Shown: positions 26,757 through 36,012 of the stretch, one piece after another
Numbering within the stretch: position 1 is the stretch's first letter
Layout of the letters: every line of letters starts with the position of its first letter
Source: an uncultured Candidatus Micrarchaeota archaeon
Lineage (GTDB): Archaea > Micrarchaeota > Micrarchaeia > Anstonellales > Bilamarchaeaceae
Length of the DNA stretch: 64,000 bases
Direction: 5' to 3'
Assembly: GCA_903828955.1 (NCBI GenBank)
Contig: CAIKOA010000016.1
Location: forward strand, 10,350-74,349
Translations under genes and position numbers: made by a program
The notes under the pieces: generated by a model
What the model saw: the letters and a program-made list of their open reading frames with translations, nothing else
The model's database searches: none
What the model was told of the DNA's origin: nothing

Positions 26757-27797
26757 ATGTCAGGCATTGTCGGTTATGGAGCATACGTTCCCAAATACAG
26801 GATAAAGAGCGAAACAATCGCTGAAGTATGGGGAGAAGACCCGGACCGCATCAAGGAAGGCTTGGGAATCCTGGAAAAAGCCGTCCCCGCAATCGATGAA
26901 GATGCAACAACCCTCGCGGTTGAAGCCGCAAGGATTGCAATGAAGCGCGCAGGAATCCCAAGGGATTCAATAGGCGCCCTATACGTAGGAAGCGAATCCC
27001 ACCCCTACGCAGTAAAGCCTACCGCTTGTGCAGTCGCGCAAGCCCTCGGAGCGGTCCCAAACCTCACCGCCGCGGACCTAGAATTTGCATGCAAAGCAGG
27101 CACCGCAGGAATCCAGATGTGCATGGGCATGGTGGACTCCAAAATGATCCACTACGGAATGGCAATAGGTTCCGATACCGCCCAGGGAAGGCCCGGAGAT
27201 GCTTTAGAATACTCGGCCGCAGCAGGCGCAGCCGCCTATATAATCGGCCCAAACGATGAATCCATGGCAATCCTAGAGGATACGTTATCATATACAACCG
27301 ACACTCCGGATTTCTGGAGGCGCCCGAAGGCGGATTTCCCTTCGCACGGAGGAAGATTCACCGGCCCGCCCGCCTACTTCAAGCATGTAATGGGCGCGTT
27401 CTACGGTCTTATGCAGAAAATGGATGAGAAAGTAGAAAACTACGACTATTTCGTCTTCCACCAGCCAAACGCGAAGTTCCCGCAGGCTGTTGCAAAGCAA
27501 CTGAAAATCCCAAAAGAGAAGCTCGCAGACGGCCTAATAGTCCCAATTATAGGGAACACCTATTCTGCCGCCTCCCCGCTCGGCCTCGCCAACGTTCTTG
27601 ATAAGGCAGAGCCCGGGCAGAGAATTTTCATGGTCTCTTTCGGCTCGGGCGCAGGAAGCGATGCCTTCTCGATTAAAGTCACCGACAAAATCAAGAACCG
27701 CGACCGCGCCTATCCGCTTTCCAAATTCATAAACGAGAAAGAGTACCTCTCCTATGCAATCTACTCGAAACTAAAGGGCAATTACAAGGGGATGTGA
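26757..27797 (+). CDS. Hydroxymethylglutaryl-CoA synthase (archaeal type)
   Basis: [46 protein letters not shown] upstream. First gene of the HMGS/thiolase/DUF35 trio. Confidence 0.9.
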   Translation: MSGIVGYGAYVPKYRIKSETIAEVWGEDPDRIKEGLGILEKAVPAIDEDATTLAVEAARIAMKRAGIPRDSIGALYVGSESHPYAVKPTACAVAQALGAVPNLTAADLEFACKAGTAGIQMCMGMVDSKMIHYGMAIGSDTAQGRPGDALEYSAAAGAAAYIIGPNDESMAILEDTLSYTTDTPDFWRRPKADFPSHGGRFTGPPAYFKHVMGAFYGLMQKMDEKVENYDYFVFHQPNAKFPQAVAKQLKIPKEKLADGLIVPIIGNTYSAASPLGLANVLDKAEPGQRIFMVSFGSGAGSDAFSIKVTDKIKNRDRAYPLSKFINEKEYLSYAIYSKLKGNYKGM

Positions 27798-28984
27798 GGA
27801 AAAAGGTGTTCACAATGCAAGGAAGAAAAGTCGCAATCATCGGAGTTGGAATGACAACCTTTGGAGAGCACTGGGACCGCGGCTTCCGCGACTTGGTCGT
27901 AGAAGCAGGCCTGCGGGCAATCCAGGACGCAAAGCTCACCGGAGAGGAAATCTCCGCAGGATACGTAGGCACAATGGCTTCCGGCGCTCTTGTAGGGCAG
28001 GAGCACGCAGGCGCCTTAATCGCCGATTATATGGGCCTCAACCCAATCCCAGTCACAAGAGTGGAAGGCGCATGCGCCTCAGGCTCCCTAGCCCTAAGGC
28101 AGGGAGTAATGGCAATCGCCTCCGGCCTCCACGACATAGTAGTCGTAGGGGGCGTAGAAAAAATGACTGATCTGGATACCGCCGCAGTAAGCGAAATCCT
28201 CGGAGGCGCCGGAGACCAGGAATGGGAGCTCTTCATGGGCGCAACCTTCCCAGGTTTGTACGCAATGATGGCGCGCAGGCACATGCACGAATACGGCACA
28301 ACGAAGGAAATGCTTTCCGCAGTCTCGGTCAAGAACCACTGGAATGGCGCGCGCAACAAATACGCCCAATTCCAAAAGGAAATTACAATGGAAGACGCAA
28401 TGACCGCAAAGATGGTCGCAGATCCGCTCGGGCTCATGGACTGCTCGCCCATTACCGATGGCGCAGCCGCAGTAATTCTCGCTCCAATAGAGAAAGCAGC
28501 CTCTTACACTAAAAAACCCGTTGAAATAGTTGCAAGCGAGCAGGCAAGCGGCACGCTCGCGCTCCACTCGCGCAAATCCCTCACCAGCATAGAAGCCGCA
28601 AAAATTGCAGGAGCGAAAGCCTACAAGACCGCAGGCCTCACTCCCAAGGATATCGATGTTGCGGAAGTCCACGACTGCTTCACGATCGCGGAAATAATCG
28701 CAACCGAAGACCTCGGCTTCTTCAAGCCCGGGGAAAGCGGCCCGGCAGCACTCGCAGGCAAAACCCGCTTCGATGCAGAAATTGCAATCAATACCTCCGG
28801 AGGGCTTAAAGCCGCCGGCCACCCCGTAGGCGCAACCGGAATAAAGCAAGCCTGCGAAATCGCATGGCAGCTGAGAGGCGAAGGAGAAGGCACCCAGGTA
28901 AAGGATGCAAAAATCGGGCTTACCCACAACGTGGGAGGAAGCGGCGCGACCGCCGTTGTCCATATCTACAAGCAAGGATGGTGA
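27794..28984 (+). CDS. Acetyl-CoA C-acetyltransferase (thiolase)
   Basis: [13 protein letters not shown], active-site context VEGACASGS, and C-terminal [13 protein letters not shown] start overlaps the HMGS stop (GTGA). Alternative ATG at 27815. Confidence 0.9.
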   Translation: MRKKVFTMQGRKVAIIGVGMTTFGEHWDRGFRDLVVEAGLRAIQDAKLTGEEISAGYVGTMASGALVGQEHAGALIADYMGLNPIPVTRVEGACASGSLALRQGVMAIASGLHDIVVVGGVEKMTDLDTAAVSEILGGAGDQEWELFMGATFPGLYAMMARRHMHEYGTTKEMLSAVSVKNHWNGARNKYAQFQKEITMEDAMTAKMVADPLGLMDCSPITDGAAAVILAPIEKAASYTKKPVEIVASEQASGTLALHSRKSLTSIEAAKIAGAKAYKTAGLTPKDIDVAEVHDCFTIAEIIATEDLGFFKPGESGPAALAGKTRFDAEIAINTSGGLKAAGHPVGATGIKQACEIAWQLRGEGEGTQVKDAKIGLTHNVGGSGATAVVHIYKQGW

Positions 28985-29391
28985 AAGAAATGAAAGAATC
29001 AATCGCACTCATGTGGAGAAGGCTTCCCGAAAGGTATAAACTGATTGGAAGCGCATGCGAAAACTGCAAGACTCATTACTTCCCCCCCCGCTCCATCTGC
29101 CCAAAATGCAGGAGGAAGGGAAAAATTTCCCGCTTTGAATACTCCGGGGAAGGCAAAGTTTATTCCTTTACGGAAATTTCCGCGGGGCCGATAGGCTTCG
29201 AGCACCAGACCCCCTATGTAATCGCAATCATAGAGCTCGCCGAAGGAGCAAAATGCCTGGGCCAGATCGTTGATGCGCGCCTAGCGGATGTAAAAATCGG
29301 CGACCCCGTAGAAGGCACTTTCAGGAAAATCCAGTCCGATGACCCCGAAGGGCCAATCCACTATGGATTCAAGTTCAGGCTGAAGAAATGA
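28978..29391 (+). CDS. DUF35 OB-fold/zinc-ribbon protein (thiolase-HMGS scaffold)
   Basis: CENCKTHYFPPRSICPKCRR zinc ribbon followed by an OB-like region (GKVYSFTEI...VIAIIELAEG). Start overlaps the thiolase stop (ATGGTGA). Alternative ATG at 28990. Confidence 0.85.
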   Translation: MVKEMKESIALMWRRLPERYKLIGSACENCKTHYFPPRSICPKCRRKGKISRFEYSGEGKVYSFTEISAGPIGFEHQTPYVIAIIELAEGAKCLGQIVDARLADVKIGDPVEGTFRKIQSDDPEGPIHYGFKFRLKK

Positions 29392-30593
29392 ATAAAAGAA
29401 AGGCAGAAGGGACGCCAAAAGCAAAGGCCAAAAAGCCTGCAAAAACTTCAAGGGAAGCTAAGCCAGCAAAGGAAAGCAAGCCAACCATGTGCAAGGAATG
29501 CGCCTCTCGTTTTTCTTCTAAATTCCCTATTGCAAAAGAGGGCGAATGCCACTTCTGCGGCGGTGCGCTTTCCAAGCTTTCCGAACTCCTTGAAAAAGCA
29601 AAATCCCAAATGAAGGCAGACTGGAAAACCTTCTCCCTTTCCACCGCAATCCCAAAGAAAATGCTCGCAAAGGAAGAGGAAGCCTGGGATTATTCCAAAG
29701 GCGAGTCCCTCAAATCCTGGCTGAATTTTACCCTTTCCAAGGCTCTGGAAGAATCAACTGGTAAGAACTACCGCCCAAACGGCTCGGATGGCCGCATAAT
29801 AATAGATTTCAACGCCCTTACCGCAGCAGCAGTAAACGAGCCCATCTTCATTTTCGGCCGATACAAAAAACTCCAGACCGGCCTCTGCCAGAGCAGGTGG
29901 GAATGCGCCGAATGCGGAGGAAGAGGGTGCCCAGCCTGCAAAGGCGAAGGCAGAAATTACGAATCCATAGAAGAAATAATCGGGGATGCCGTCTCCTCCC
30001 AAACGAATGGAAAATACTACTTGCACGCTTCCGGAAGGGAAGACGTAGATGTCCTGAATTTCGCGGGCCGCCCCTTTGTTCTCGAAATTAAATCCCCAAA
30101 AACGTCAGTAGTTGATATTCAAGCCGCAGCCGAGAAAATAAACTCCGGAGGAAAAGTGGAAGTCCTCGATTTGAAGCGGGCCTCGCCTTCCTCAGTGGAA
30201 CTCGTTGCCGATTCCCACTTTCCAAAAACCTACCGCGCCTGGATAGAAGATGCAAATCCAGTCAATGAAGAAGAGCACTTCAACGGGACAGATTTAGAAA
30301 AAGTTCTGGATTTCGACAACGTTCTAGACCAAAGAACCCCGCTGCGCGTATCGCATCGCCGCGCAGACAAAATCAGAAAAAGGAGGGCGCAGGTAATCTC
30401 CGCATCTCTTGAAGAAGGCAAACTGGTCGTGGATATCCGCGCGGATGCGGGCACATACATAAAAGAACTAATCCACGGGGACCAGGGCAGAACCAATCCC
30501 TCCTTATCGTCTTTACTCGGAAAACAGTGTGTCTGCACCCGCCTGGATGTAATAAAGATAGACGACGATTTCCTCAAGCTTCTCCTAAGCTGA
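29388..30593 (+). CDS. pus10: tRNA pseudouridine synthase Pus10
   Basis: Zn-ribbon cysteines (CKECASRF...CHFCGG; CAECGGRGCPACKG). ASGREDVDVLNFAGRPFVLEI, RVSHRRADKIRKR and TYIKELIHGDQGRTNPSLSSLLG. ATGA overlap with DUF35. Carries a Lys/Ala-rich N-terminal extension. Confidence 0.85.
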   Translation: MNKRKAEGTPKAKAKKPAKTSREAKPAKESKPTMCKECASRFSSKFPIAKEGECHFCGGALSKLSELLEKAKSQMKADWKTFSLSTAIPKKMLAKEEEAWDYSKGESLKSWLNFTLSKALEESTGKNYRPNGSDGRIIIDFNALTAAAVNEPIFIFGRYKKLQTGLCQSRWECAECGGRGCPACKGEGRNYESIEEIIGDAVSSQTNGKYYLHASGREDVDVLNFAGRPFVLEIKSPKTSVVDIQAAAEKINSGGKVEVLDLKRASPSSVELVADSHFPKTYRAWIEDANPVNEEEHFNGTDLEKVLDFDNVLDQRTPLRVSHRRADKIRKRRAQVISASLEEGKLVVDIRADAGTYIKELIHGDQGRTNPSLSSLLGKQCVCTRLDVIKIDDDFLKLLLS

Positions 30594-30640
30594 CCAATTC
30601 CCTTATAATTATTCTATTCGTCCTTCCCCAAGGTGAAAAA

Positions 30641-31159
30641 ATGAGATACTCAATACTGCTGATTGCATTTGCGCTCGTCTGCGCATTCTCCTTTGCCCAG
30701 GAAGACCAGTGTGCCTCCCTTGAAGAGCAGTGCGGAAGAAACTGCTGCGAGCCTAACGGCGGGACCACCCAGGTCACCACGGATTACATAACCTGCGAGT
30801 TCCCCGGAACAACTTCGGACTCGACCGTGGATCTCTACCACTCCTGCGCAGCCACCCAATGCCGGGAGCCGGTTCTGGATTGCTACGTGCCAGGCTCCCC
30901 CTGCGGGCAGGGCTTTTCTTCCTGCTACAGCATCTGCATTTCAGGAGGGAGCACGGCCCAGCAGTGCGACGATAGCTGCCTAACGGATGCGATGTCCTGC
31001 GTTCAGGATTATACGGCAGGAAGCCAGCCTTCCACTTCGGGGACCAGCTACACGCCAACCGCGGCCACCCCCGCTTCGTCAAGCGACAATTCCTGCTGCG
31101 GCTCCGTAATACTCATCCTGTTTGGGATGATTGGCGCCTTCGCATTCCCCAAAAACTAA
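30641..31159 (+). CDS. Secreted cysteine-rich protein with C-terminal Cys-containing anchor signal
   Basis: AGGTGA SD 6 nt before the ATG at 30641. Signal peptide MRYSILLIAFALVCAFSFAQ. Many Cys, an S/T-rich linker, then SCCGSVILILFGMIGAFAFPKN. Confidence 0.6.
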   Translation: MRYSILLIAFALVCAFSFAQEDQCASLEEQCGRNCCEPNGGTTQVTTDYITCEFPGTTSDSTVDLYHSCAATQCREPVLDCYVPGSPCGQGFSSCYSICISGGSTAQQCDDSCLTDAMSCVQDYTAGSQPSTSGTSYTPTAATPASSSDNSCCGSVILILFGMIGAFAFPKN

Positions 31160-31208
31160 TTTTTTTCTTTTCCCTTAATTTTATAAACTCCCTTTCCAAA
31201 ACCCCCTT

Positions 31209-32063
31209 ATGCTTGAGCAACTCCTCTTTGAGCCCCTCAGGATGCCCGGGGAAAACATCCGCATCTTCCTGGCCCTGGCCGGAACAATCGCAACCGTCTA
31301 TTACGATGTCTTCAACAAAAGGAATGTCCCGAATATGCTCCTCTATGCGTTCCTCGGAATCGCAATCCTCGCCAACATAGTTTTCTACGACCCGTTGATT
31401 TTCGCATACGCGGCAGGGCTGGCCGCAATCGTTTTCCTTCTCGGCTTTTTCCTCTACAAAATGGGCCAGATAGGCGGTGCAGACCTCTTCGTAATCTGCT
31501 CAATAATCCTTCTGCTTCCAATCCACCCCTCAAATCTGGAAACCCTCTTCAACTACCCGCTCATCTTCTCAACTCTCCTATATAGCGGAGTAGTCTTCTC
31601 CATCTTCTCCATTTTCTATTTCGGAGGCAAAGTGCTCAAGAGCAAGGAAGCAAAGCCGAACCTCCTCTACCTCCTTCTTCTCATCCCCTACATTGGGTTT
31701 GCCTACATCTTCATGTCCGCCCCCTTCTTCTCCCCGGTCTACCTGGCAATCGCCTCCATTTTCCTCCTCTCCGCAATCTTCTTCCTTGTTTACCGGGACG
31801 CAATAATCTCATCCACAATGGAAAAAATCCCGCTCTCCAAAATCACGGATGAGGATGTCCTTGCAAAGGAAAAAATGCAGCCCCTCATGCAAAAATTGAA
31901 AATCGGCCCGGTAATCGGAGAAAAGGAACTCGCAATCCTCAAGAAGGCAAAAGTAAAGGAGGTCTGGATTTACGCCCACCTGCCCCCATTCCTTCCTTTC
32001 CTGCTAATCGGATTAATCGCTTCAATTCTCTACGGGAACTGGATCCTCCTCGTTTTCTACTGA
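31209..32063 (+). CDS. A24-family aspartyl peptidase (prepilin/preflagellin peptidase-like)
   Basis: Polytopic membrane protein with the two Asp motifs YYDVFNKRNVPN and IGGADLFV, as in FlaK/PibD-type peptidases. Confidence 0.55.
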   Translation: MLEQLLFEPLRMPGENIRIFLALAGTIATVYYDVFNKRNVPNMLLYAFLGIAILANIVFYDPLIFAYAAGLAAIVFLLGFFLYKMGQIGGADLFVICSIILLLPIHPSNLETLFNYPLIFSTLLYSGVVFSIFSIFYFGGKVLKSKEAKPNLLYLLLLIPYIGFAYIFMSAPFFSPVYLAIASIFLLSAIFFLVYRDAIISSTMEKIPLSKITDEDVLAKEKMQPLMQKLKIGPVIGEKELAILKKAKVKEVWIYAHLPPFLPFLLIGLIASILYGNWILLVFY

Positions 32064-32100
32064 CCTAAAGCAATATATCTTTTCTTTCCTTATTTTCCCC

Positions 32101-32664
32101 ATGCCCAAGGCATTCCTAATCCACGGCGCATATGGAAACCCGGAAGAAAACTGGTTCCCGTGGCTAAAATCCGAACTAGAAAACTCCGGCTTCCAAGCAA
32201 TAGCCCCAGCATTCCCAACTCCTGAAAACCAAACCCTTGAGAGCTGGCTGAAGGTTTTCAGCAAATACGAAAAATCCCTGGATAAGGACACCATCCTAAT
32301 CGGGCACAGCGTCGGATGCGCCTTCTGCCTTGCAATACTGGAGCGCGCCCCCGCCCCGATAAAAGCGGCATATCTGGTTTCCGGTTTCACGAGCCCCCTC
32401 CAGAACGGGCAATTCGACCCCCTGAACAAAACATTTGTTGAAAGAAAGTTCAATTGGGAGAAAATAAGGAAGAATTGCCGCCATTTCTGCATTTTCCATT
32501 CGGACAATGACCCATACGTCCCCCTAGAAAAAGCAAATGCCCTCGCAAAAAACCTTAATTCAAACGTAATCCTGCTGAAAAACGCGGGCCACATAAATGC
32601 AAAAGCAGGCTACACGAAATTTCCGCTCCTTCTTGAAAAAATCAAAAAAGAAAGGTCGCTCTAA
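32101..32664 (+). CDS. Alpha/beta serine hydrolase, RBBP9/YdeN family
   Basis: KAFLIHGAYGNPEENWFPWL, nucleophile elbow GHSVGC, FHSDNDPYVP, and GH near the C-terminus. Confidence 0.7.
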   Translation: MPKAFLIHGAYGNPEENWFPWLKSELENSGFQAIAPAFPTPENQTLESWLKVFSKYEKSLDKDTILIGHSVGCAFCLAILERAPAPIKAAYLVSGFTSPLQNGQFDPLNKTFVERKFNWEKIRKNCRHFCIFHSDNDPYVPLEKANALAKNLNSNVILLKNAGHINAKAGYTKFPLLLEKIKKERSL

Positions 32665-33209
32665 ACCAGATCCATCTTCGTAATTATCCCTAGAATTTCC
32701 CCTTTCTCTACAACGAGCACGGCCTTGTTCTCCTTTAGAAGGGACACAACCGTAGAATGCGAGGTCTTCGGCCCAATCTGCGGAAACCCGTGCCCCATCC
32801 ACTCCTTCACGCCCATCCTCATCATTTCAGAACTCCCGTACCCCTTCTCAACAAGCGCAAGGATATTCTCCTCCCCGATCGACCCGATTGCCCTCCCGTC
32901 CTTTGCAACCACGGGCATCTGCGAAATGCCCCTCGCCTTCATAATGGAAAGAACCTTCCCGATTTTCTCCCCGTCTTCCACTGAAAATACCGGGGTTTTC
33001 ATGATCATTTCCGCGTCCTTCCCCTTTTTCCTCTCCAGCCCTTCCAAAGTCTCCAGAATCGCCTTCGCATTGGAATAAGACGGGTCAAGCACCCCCGCCT
33101 CCACTTTCGCAATCAGGCTCTGCGAAACCCCGGCTTTTTGCGCAAGCTCCTTCTGCGTAAGATTGAGGGTTTTCCTTTTCCGCGCAATTTCCTCGATAGA
33201 AGGGAGCAT
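32661..33209 (-). CDS. HTH (XRE) plus CBS-domain regulator
   Basis: LTQKELAQKAGVSQSLIAKVE, followed by a CBS pair (ISQMPVV...GIITKMDL). Confidence 0.75.
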   Translation of the reverse strand: MLPSIEEIARKRKTLNLTQKELAQKAGVSQSLIAKVEAGVLDPSYSNAKAILETLEGLERKKGKDAEMIMKTPVFSVEDGEKIGKVLSIMKARGISQMPVVAKDGRAIGSIGEENILALVEKGYGSSEMMRMGVKEWMGHGFPQIGPKTSHSTVVSLLKENKAVLVVEKGEILGIITKMDLV

Positions 33210-33261
33210 AAAGGATAACCCGCAGCGAGATTTAAATATTTACTCTTCCAACTAGGTTCCC

Positions 33262-34899
33262 ATGTCCTCAGGAAGAAAATTTATCGTCGTATTGGGTTCA
33301 ATTATGTCGGGGCTTGGGAAAGGAATCCTCACTGCTTCCATAGGCAGGCTCCTCAAGACGCGCGGCTACAAGGTAACCCCGATCAAGTTCGACGGCTACA
33401 TGAACGTTGATTGCGGCACAATGAACCCCTTCCGCCACGGAGAGGTTTTTGTGCTCGACGATGGAGGGGAAGTGGACATGGATTTCGGAACCTACGAGCG
33501 CTTCCTCAACATCTCGCTCCCAAGCCGCTCTTCCATTACAGGGGGAAAAATGTCCCGCCTCATCCTCGAAAAGGAAAGACGGGGCGACTATTTGGGAAGG
33601 GACGTCCAGGTAGTCCCCCACCTCACAAACGAAATCAAGTCCTGGATAAAGGCGGTAGGTGAAGAAACAAAATCCGACATCGTCCTCATAGAGGTTGGAG
33701 GCACCGTCGGAGATTTGGAAAACGGCTACTTCGTAGAGGCGATGCACCAGCTTTCCAAGGAAGAAAACGTCCTCTTCATCCAGCTCACCTATGTCCCGAG
33801 CTTAAGCCCGGGCGAGCAGAAAACAAAACCCACCCAACACGCAAACCGCCTCATCCAGAGCCTAGGGATAAAACCCAACATCATAATCTGCAGGGAGCAG
33901 GAGCCCCTCCAGAAAGAATCCAAGGAAAAAATAGCCCTATTCTGCGACGTTCCAATCGAAAACGTCCTTGATGACCCGCTGGTGGAAACCGTTTACCAGC
34001 TTCCTGAAGTCCTGGAAAAGCAGAAGCTATACGAAGCAATCGCAAGGCACTTCAAGCTCAGGCAGACAAAAGTCCACGAAGGGAACTGGAACCGCATGGT
34101 CAACCGGATAGTTTCCAAGGACAAGAAGCGCGTCACAATCGGGATCGTCGGAAAATACACCGCTGTAAAGGACGCATACGTAAGCGTAAGGGAGGCAATC
34201 CTCCACGCCGCGGCCGCAAACAACGTCCACGCAGACATCGCCTTCGTTGAATCCACGGATATAGAAAAGGAGGGCACAAAAATACTCGAAAGCCTGGATG
34301 GAATAATTGTTCCCGGAGGCTTCGGGAAGCGCGGAATCGAAGGCAAAATCCTCTCAATCCGCCACGCGCGCAAAAACGGAATCCCATATCTCGGCCTCTG
34401 CCTCGGAATGCAATTAATGGTGGCGGAATACGCAAGAGATGTTTGCGGAATGGAGGGCGCAAACTCCGAGGAGTTCGACTCCGGAACCGCCTACCCGGTA
34501 ATCGCAATTCTTCCCGAGCAATTGAACATAATTGAAAAGGGCGCAACGATGCGCCTTGGCGCCTACCCCTGCCTCCTCAAAGAAAAAACAAAAGCCTGGG
34601 AATGCTACGGAAGAAGAGCAGAAATAAGCGAGCGCCACCGCCACCGCTACGAAGTGAACCCCAAATTCACAGAAGCCCTTGAAAACGGAGGATTGATTTT
34701 CTCCGGCCGCTCCCCAAGGAACAACATAGTTGAAATGTCCGAATGGAAAGAGGGCTTCGGAATAGGCACGCAGGCACACCCCGAGCTGAAAAGCAGGCTG
34801 GAGGCCCCGGCTCCCCTATTCGTAGGTTTCATAAAAGCCGCAATAGACCGGAAGAAGAAGATGCGCGGAAACGGAAAGAAGAAGGAAGAAAAGAAATAG
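33262..34899 (+). CDS. pyrG: CTP synthase
   Basis: GLGKGILTASIGRLLKTRGYKVTPIKFDGYMNVDCGTMNPFRHGEVFVLDDGGEVDMDFGTYERF. GATase LGLCLGMQ and HRHRYEVN. Confidence 0.95.
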   Translation: MSSGRKFIVVLGSIMSGLGKGILTASIGRLLKTRGYKVTPIKFDGYMNVDCGTMNPFRHGEVFVLDDGGEVDMDFGTYERFLNISLPSRSSITGGKMSRLILEKERRGDYLGRDVQVVPHLTNEIKSWIKAVGEETKSDIVLIEVGGTVGDLENGYFVEAMHQLSKEENVLFIQLTYVPSLSPGEQKTKPTQHANRLIQSLGIKPNIIICREQEPLQKESKEKIALFCDVPIENVLDDPLVETVYQLPEVLEKQKLYEAIARHFKLRQTKVHEGNWNRMVNRIVSKDKKRVTIGIVGKYTAVKDAYVSVREAILHAAAANNVHADIAFVESTDIEKEGTKILESLDGIIVPGGFGKRGIEGKILSIRHARKNGIPYLGLCLGMQLMVAEYARDVCGMEGANSEEFDSGTAYPVIAILPEQLNIIEKGATMRLGAYPCLLKEKTKAWECYGRRAEISERHRHRYEVNPKFTEALENGGLIFSGRSPRNNIVEMSEWKEGFGIGTQAHPELKSRLEAPAPLFVGFIKAAIDRKKKMRGNGKKKEEKK

Positions 34900-34912
34900 A
34901 AAAATAACAAGA

Positions 34913-35272
34913 TTAAATTTCAAAATCCTTGTGCGGAACCGAGGAAAGCGCATTCTTCATCCTGTACCGGGTAATAATATCACTTGCCCTTTCCATACTC
35001 TCCCTTCTGTTCTCTTTAGCATTATTGCTCAGATACTCCTCTATATATAGCCCGAAATCCGCAAGATTCTTTGACCCGTCCTTCACAAGCGCGCTCATCA
35101 CGCGCGCGACAAGCAGCTTCCCCGCCTCGTCCCCGCCCCAGATGCTCAGCGCAAGGGCGACCTGGTCCACGAAATATTCCCTGTCCTCTTCGCTCATCCC
35201 CTTCCAGATGAGCACCATTCCCTTTTTCGTTTCCTCATCAATGTGCTCAAATGCGGTCATGCTCTCCCCCAC
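34913..35272 (-). CDS. Hypothetical protein
   Basis: 119-aa ORF that overlaps the upstream ORF by 16 nt. No family recognised. Confidence 0.45.
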   Translation of the reverse strand: MGESMTAFEHIDEETKKGMVLIWKGMSEEDREYFVDQVALALSIWGGDEAGKLLVARVMSALVKDGSKNLADFGLYIEEYLSNNAKENRRESMERASDIITRYRMKNALSSVPHKDFEI

Positions 35273-35559
35273 CCGTCCAGTGCCTTTAGAGCCCTGCCCT
35301 CATCTTTTTTACCGAGCGCCTCGCTCAGGTTCAATGCAAGCACAACTGCTTTTTCGTCTACTTCAAAATCATCCTTCTTTTTCTGTACTACTGCAATACG
35401 GGCCTCCTTTATCTGGCTGGCCTTCAGGTCCACCTTCTTTTCAATATTCGTGAAAACCTGCTGGATTTTCTCATCTTCCCTGCCCCTCTCCTTTTCACGC
35501 GCCTTTTCCTTTTCCATGCGACCAGAGCTAAACCCCATTTCCTTCCCCTCCGTATTCAC
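35257..35559 (-). CDS. Hypothetical charged/coiled protein
   Basis: 100-aa ORF rich in K/E (MEKEKAREKERGREDEK). No family recognised. Confidence 0.4.
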   Translation of the reverse strand: MNTEGKEMGFSSGRMEKEKAREKERGREDEKIQQVFTNIEKKVDLKASQIKEARIAVVQKKKDDFEVDEKAVVLALNLSEALGKKDEGRALKALDGWGRA

Positions 35560-35604
35560 TTATTTTTCGCTCTTTTAATTTATATTCCTTTTCTTATTTC
35601 CCCA

Positions 35605-35749
35605 CAAAGACCCAGGGTGCGCGGGAGCCTTATTATGCAGCTAGTGGAGCGCGACCCTTGGCTTGCCGGACTATCGGCTCCCGCCTTGCAGCCCTAGTCT
35701 TTCTTCTGCGAACCTTCTGCAAGCCTAGGGCTTTAGCCCTGGGTCTTTG
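35605..35749. other. 145-nt GC-rich structured element bounded by 13-bp perfect inverted repeats (ncRNA or MITE-like candidate)
   Basis: CAAAGACCCAGGG (35605-35617) pairs with CCCTGGGTCTTTG (35737-35749). Internal stems are GCGGGAGCC/GGCTCCCGC (35621-29/35676-84) and CTTGCAG/CTGCAAG (35685-91/35717-23). Competing pairings are GCCCTAG/CTAGGGC and CCTAGGGC/GCCCTGGG. Confidence 0.4.
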
Positions 35750-36009
35750 ACGCTTTCCTGGACATCCGGGATTATCTCCACCCAGTCAAAACCAAGGTGT
35801 TTCCAGAGCTTCTTCATAACTGAATCATAAACAAGATTTCTCTTATTTGCAACTTCCATCGGCCGGTCTATCTCGATAAGCGGGAAAATGCCCATCCAGG
35901 CAATCTTATCCCCAAAAGGATTCCTCTCAACAGAATACAGCACCTTCTTCTCCTTCTTCACCTGCTCGCACCAGGCAATAACCTCGTTAATTTCGTTGCG
36001 CGTAACCAT
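35725..36009 (-). CDS. Hypothetical protein
   Basis: 94-aa ORF 3 nt downstream of the DRG gene. Its last 8 codons (KDPGLKP-stop) lie inside the inverted-repeat element. Confidence 0.45.
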   Translation of the reverse strand: MVTRNEINEVIAWCEQVKKEKKVLYSVERNPFGDKIAWMGIFPLIEIDRPMEVANKRNLVYDSVMKKLWKHLGFDWVEIIPDVQESVKDPGLKP

Positions 36010-36012
36010 TTC

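Noticed and set aside
28094-29008. 304-aa minus-strand ORF
   Set aside because: Antisense to the thiolase gene. Cys/Gly/Phe-rich composition with no motifs.
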